DNA of 64,000 nt from Batkoa obscura (lineage: Eukaryota), in assembly GCA_030770535.1 (NCBI GenBank), contig JASVEC010000021.1, positions 806,001 to 870,000 of the forward strand, read 5' to 3'. The notes beneath the pieces were generated by a model, which had not been told where the DNA came from, did no database searches, and saw only the letters and a program-made list of their open reading frames with translations. The position numbers were made by a program, and so were the translations under genes. This document shows positions 62,992-64,000 of this stretch, piece by piece. Positions within the stretch are counted from its first letter, which is position 1, and the number at the start of each line of letters is the position of its first letter.

Positions 62992-63767
62992 ACTTAATTT
63001 ATGTAATTTTTACTATTTGATTGATGAAAAATGCTTTGTTGGCATCATTATTAAATTTTATTTTGTAACTTAGTAAACAAATTTTGGGTCAATCATTGAT
63101 TATTAACTTATCTCAATATTTTTACTTTTTGTAAAAATATGGTTGGTTTAAAGACTGCAAATTCATTAAAAGAAACTTTGATCGAATTCTGCAAAAGAAA
63201 AAAACGGATAGTGGAGTTAGTCTAAAATTTATCTCCAACAATATCTTTTAAAAGGATTTAAAATGCCCCCCCTATCACTTCATCATAAAAATAAATGCAA
63301 CTATTATTCTTAGTTTTATATTTTATAGTATTAAACTAACAATATTCAAAAGCCTATAATATTATATAATAATAGGATAAAATAGGCTAAATACCAAATT
63401 AACTTATAACTTTCTCCATATATGCAATTATAACTTATAATTTATTGAAAATTATGCAAAGATCCTTAATGATGGGATTTATTTAAAAGATAAATAAAAT
63501 TCTGGAAAGGAGAAGAGAAAGCTAAGAGAATTAGAAAGAAACTTTAATGCTTAATAAAAGAATTAACTGGGTTCCAGCTTCTAACATTTGAGAATGGCGC
63601 CACTATCGGAAAGGATGGCTTGAATCTGATAAAAAACAATTGAGTATAATTTGTTTTAAAATTAAATTAAAGACAAAATACATATCAAGTATGATAAATA
63701 ACACTAGCAATAAACATTACAAGGGAATAAAAATTTTATTTTACAAAAGAATGACTTTTTTTTTAAG

Positions 63768-64000
63768 TATAAACACTTTTAAGGTAAATTTCTAAATTTC
63801 TAGATTTTTTTAGTGCCTCAAAAGATCTTTACCATTTACAATTTGGGGACTACCAATAACTTGCATATCGATACGAAGATAGCGTTCATCAGTAGAATAA
63901 GAGCCAGAATCTTCTCTCCATGGCGTAAGCACAGAAAACATAGTAGGTTTCTCACATAACATATCCTTGGATGATAAATCTTCTGAATTATTACCTTGAC
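63768..64000 (-). CDS. 3' part of an unidentified gene running off the window edge
   Basis: Open, GC-richer frame (QGNNSEDLSSKDMLCEKPTMFSVLTPWREDSGSYSTDERYLRIDMQVIGSPQI) followed by splice-like sites; true end uncertain. Confidence 0.5.

Overview
Very AT-rich eukaryotic genomic DNA with short (about 40-80 nt) GT-AG introns. It is most consistent with an early-diverging fungus (inference from intron style, an Integrator subunit and Conidiobolus-like secreted and kelch genes). About 19 protein genes are recognisable: carnosine N-methyltransferase, catalase, INTS2-like, mitochondrial EF-Ts, a secreted His1 protein with a CBM52-like tail, an ACP-like protein, a Cla4-type PAK, RMND5/GID2, a CorA/Alr transporter, a His-rich CDF transporter, SIT4/PP6, HSP20, a class 3 lipase, two kelch membrane paralogues, trimethyllysine dioxygenase, Rheb, gamma-glutamyltranspeptidase and GID8. 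The intergenic DNA is dominated by one DNA-transposon system. It comprises two full-length Sola-like elements (GGGG...CCCC termini, 4-bp AT-rich TSDs, DDD transposase) and about 27 copies of a roughly 98-bp MITE with matching ends, nested in each other and in the parent element. A probable solo LTR sits inside copy 2. Best leads: (1) a candidate unclassified histidine-brace LPMO-like enzyme fused to a beta-glucan-binding-like module; (2) a conserved, apparently structured non-coding block downstream of the transposase, with a diverged free-standing copy; (3) the Sola/MITE system, whose TSDs are shown by empty sites. All calls come from reading the sequence and recalled family motifs. No searches were run, and exon boundaries are approximate.
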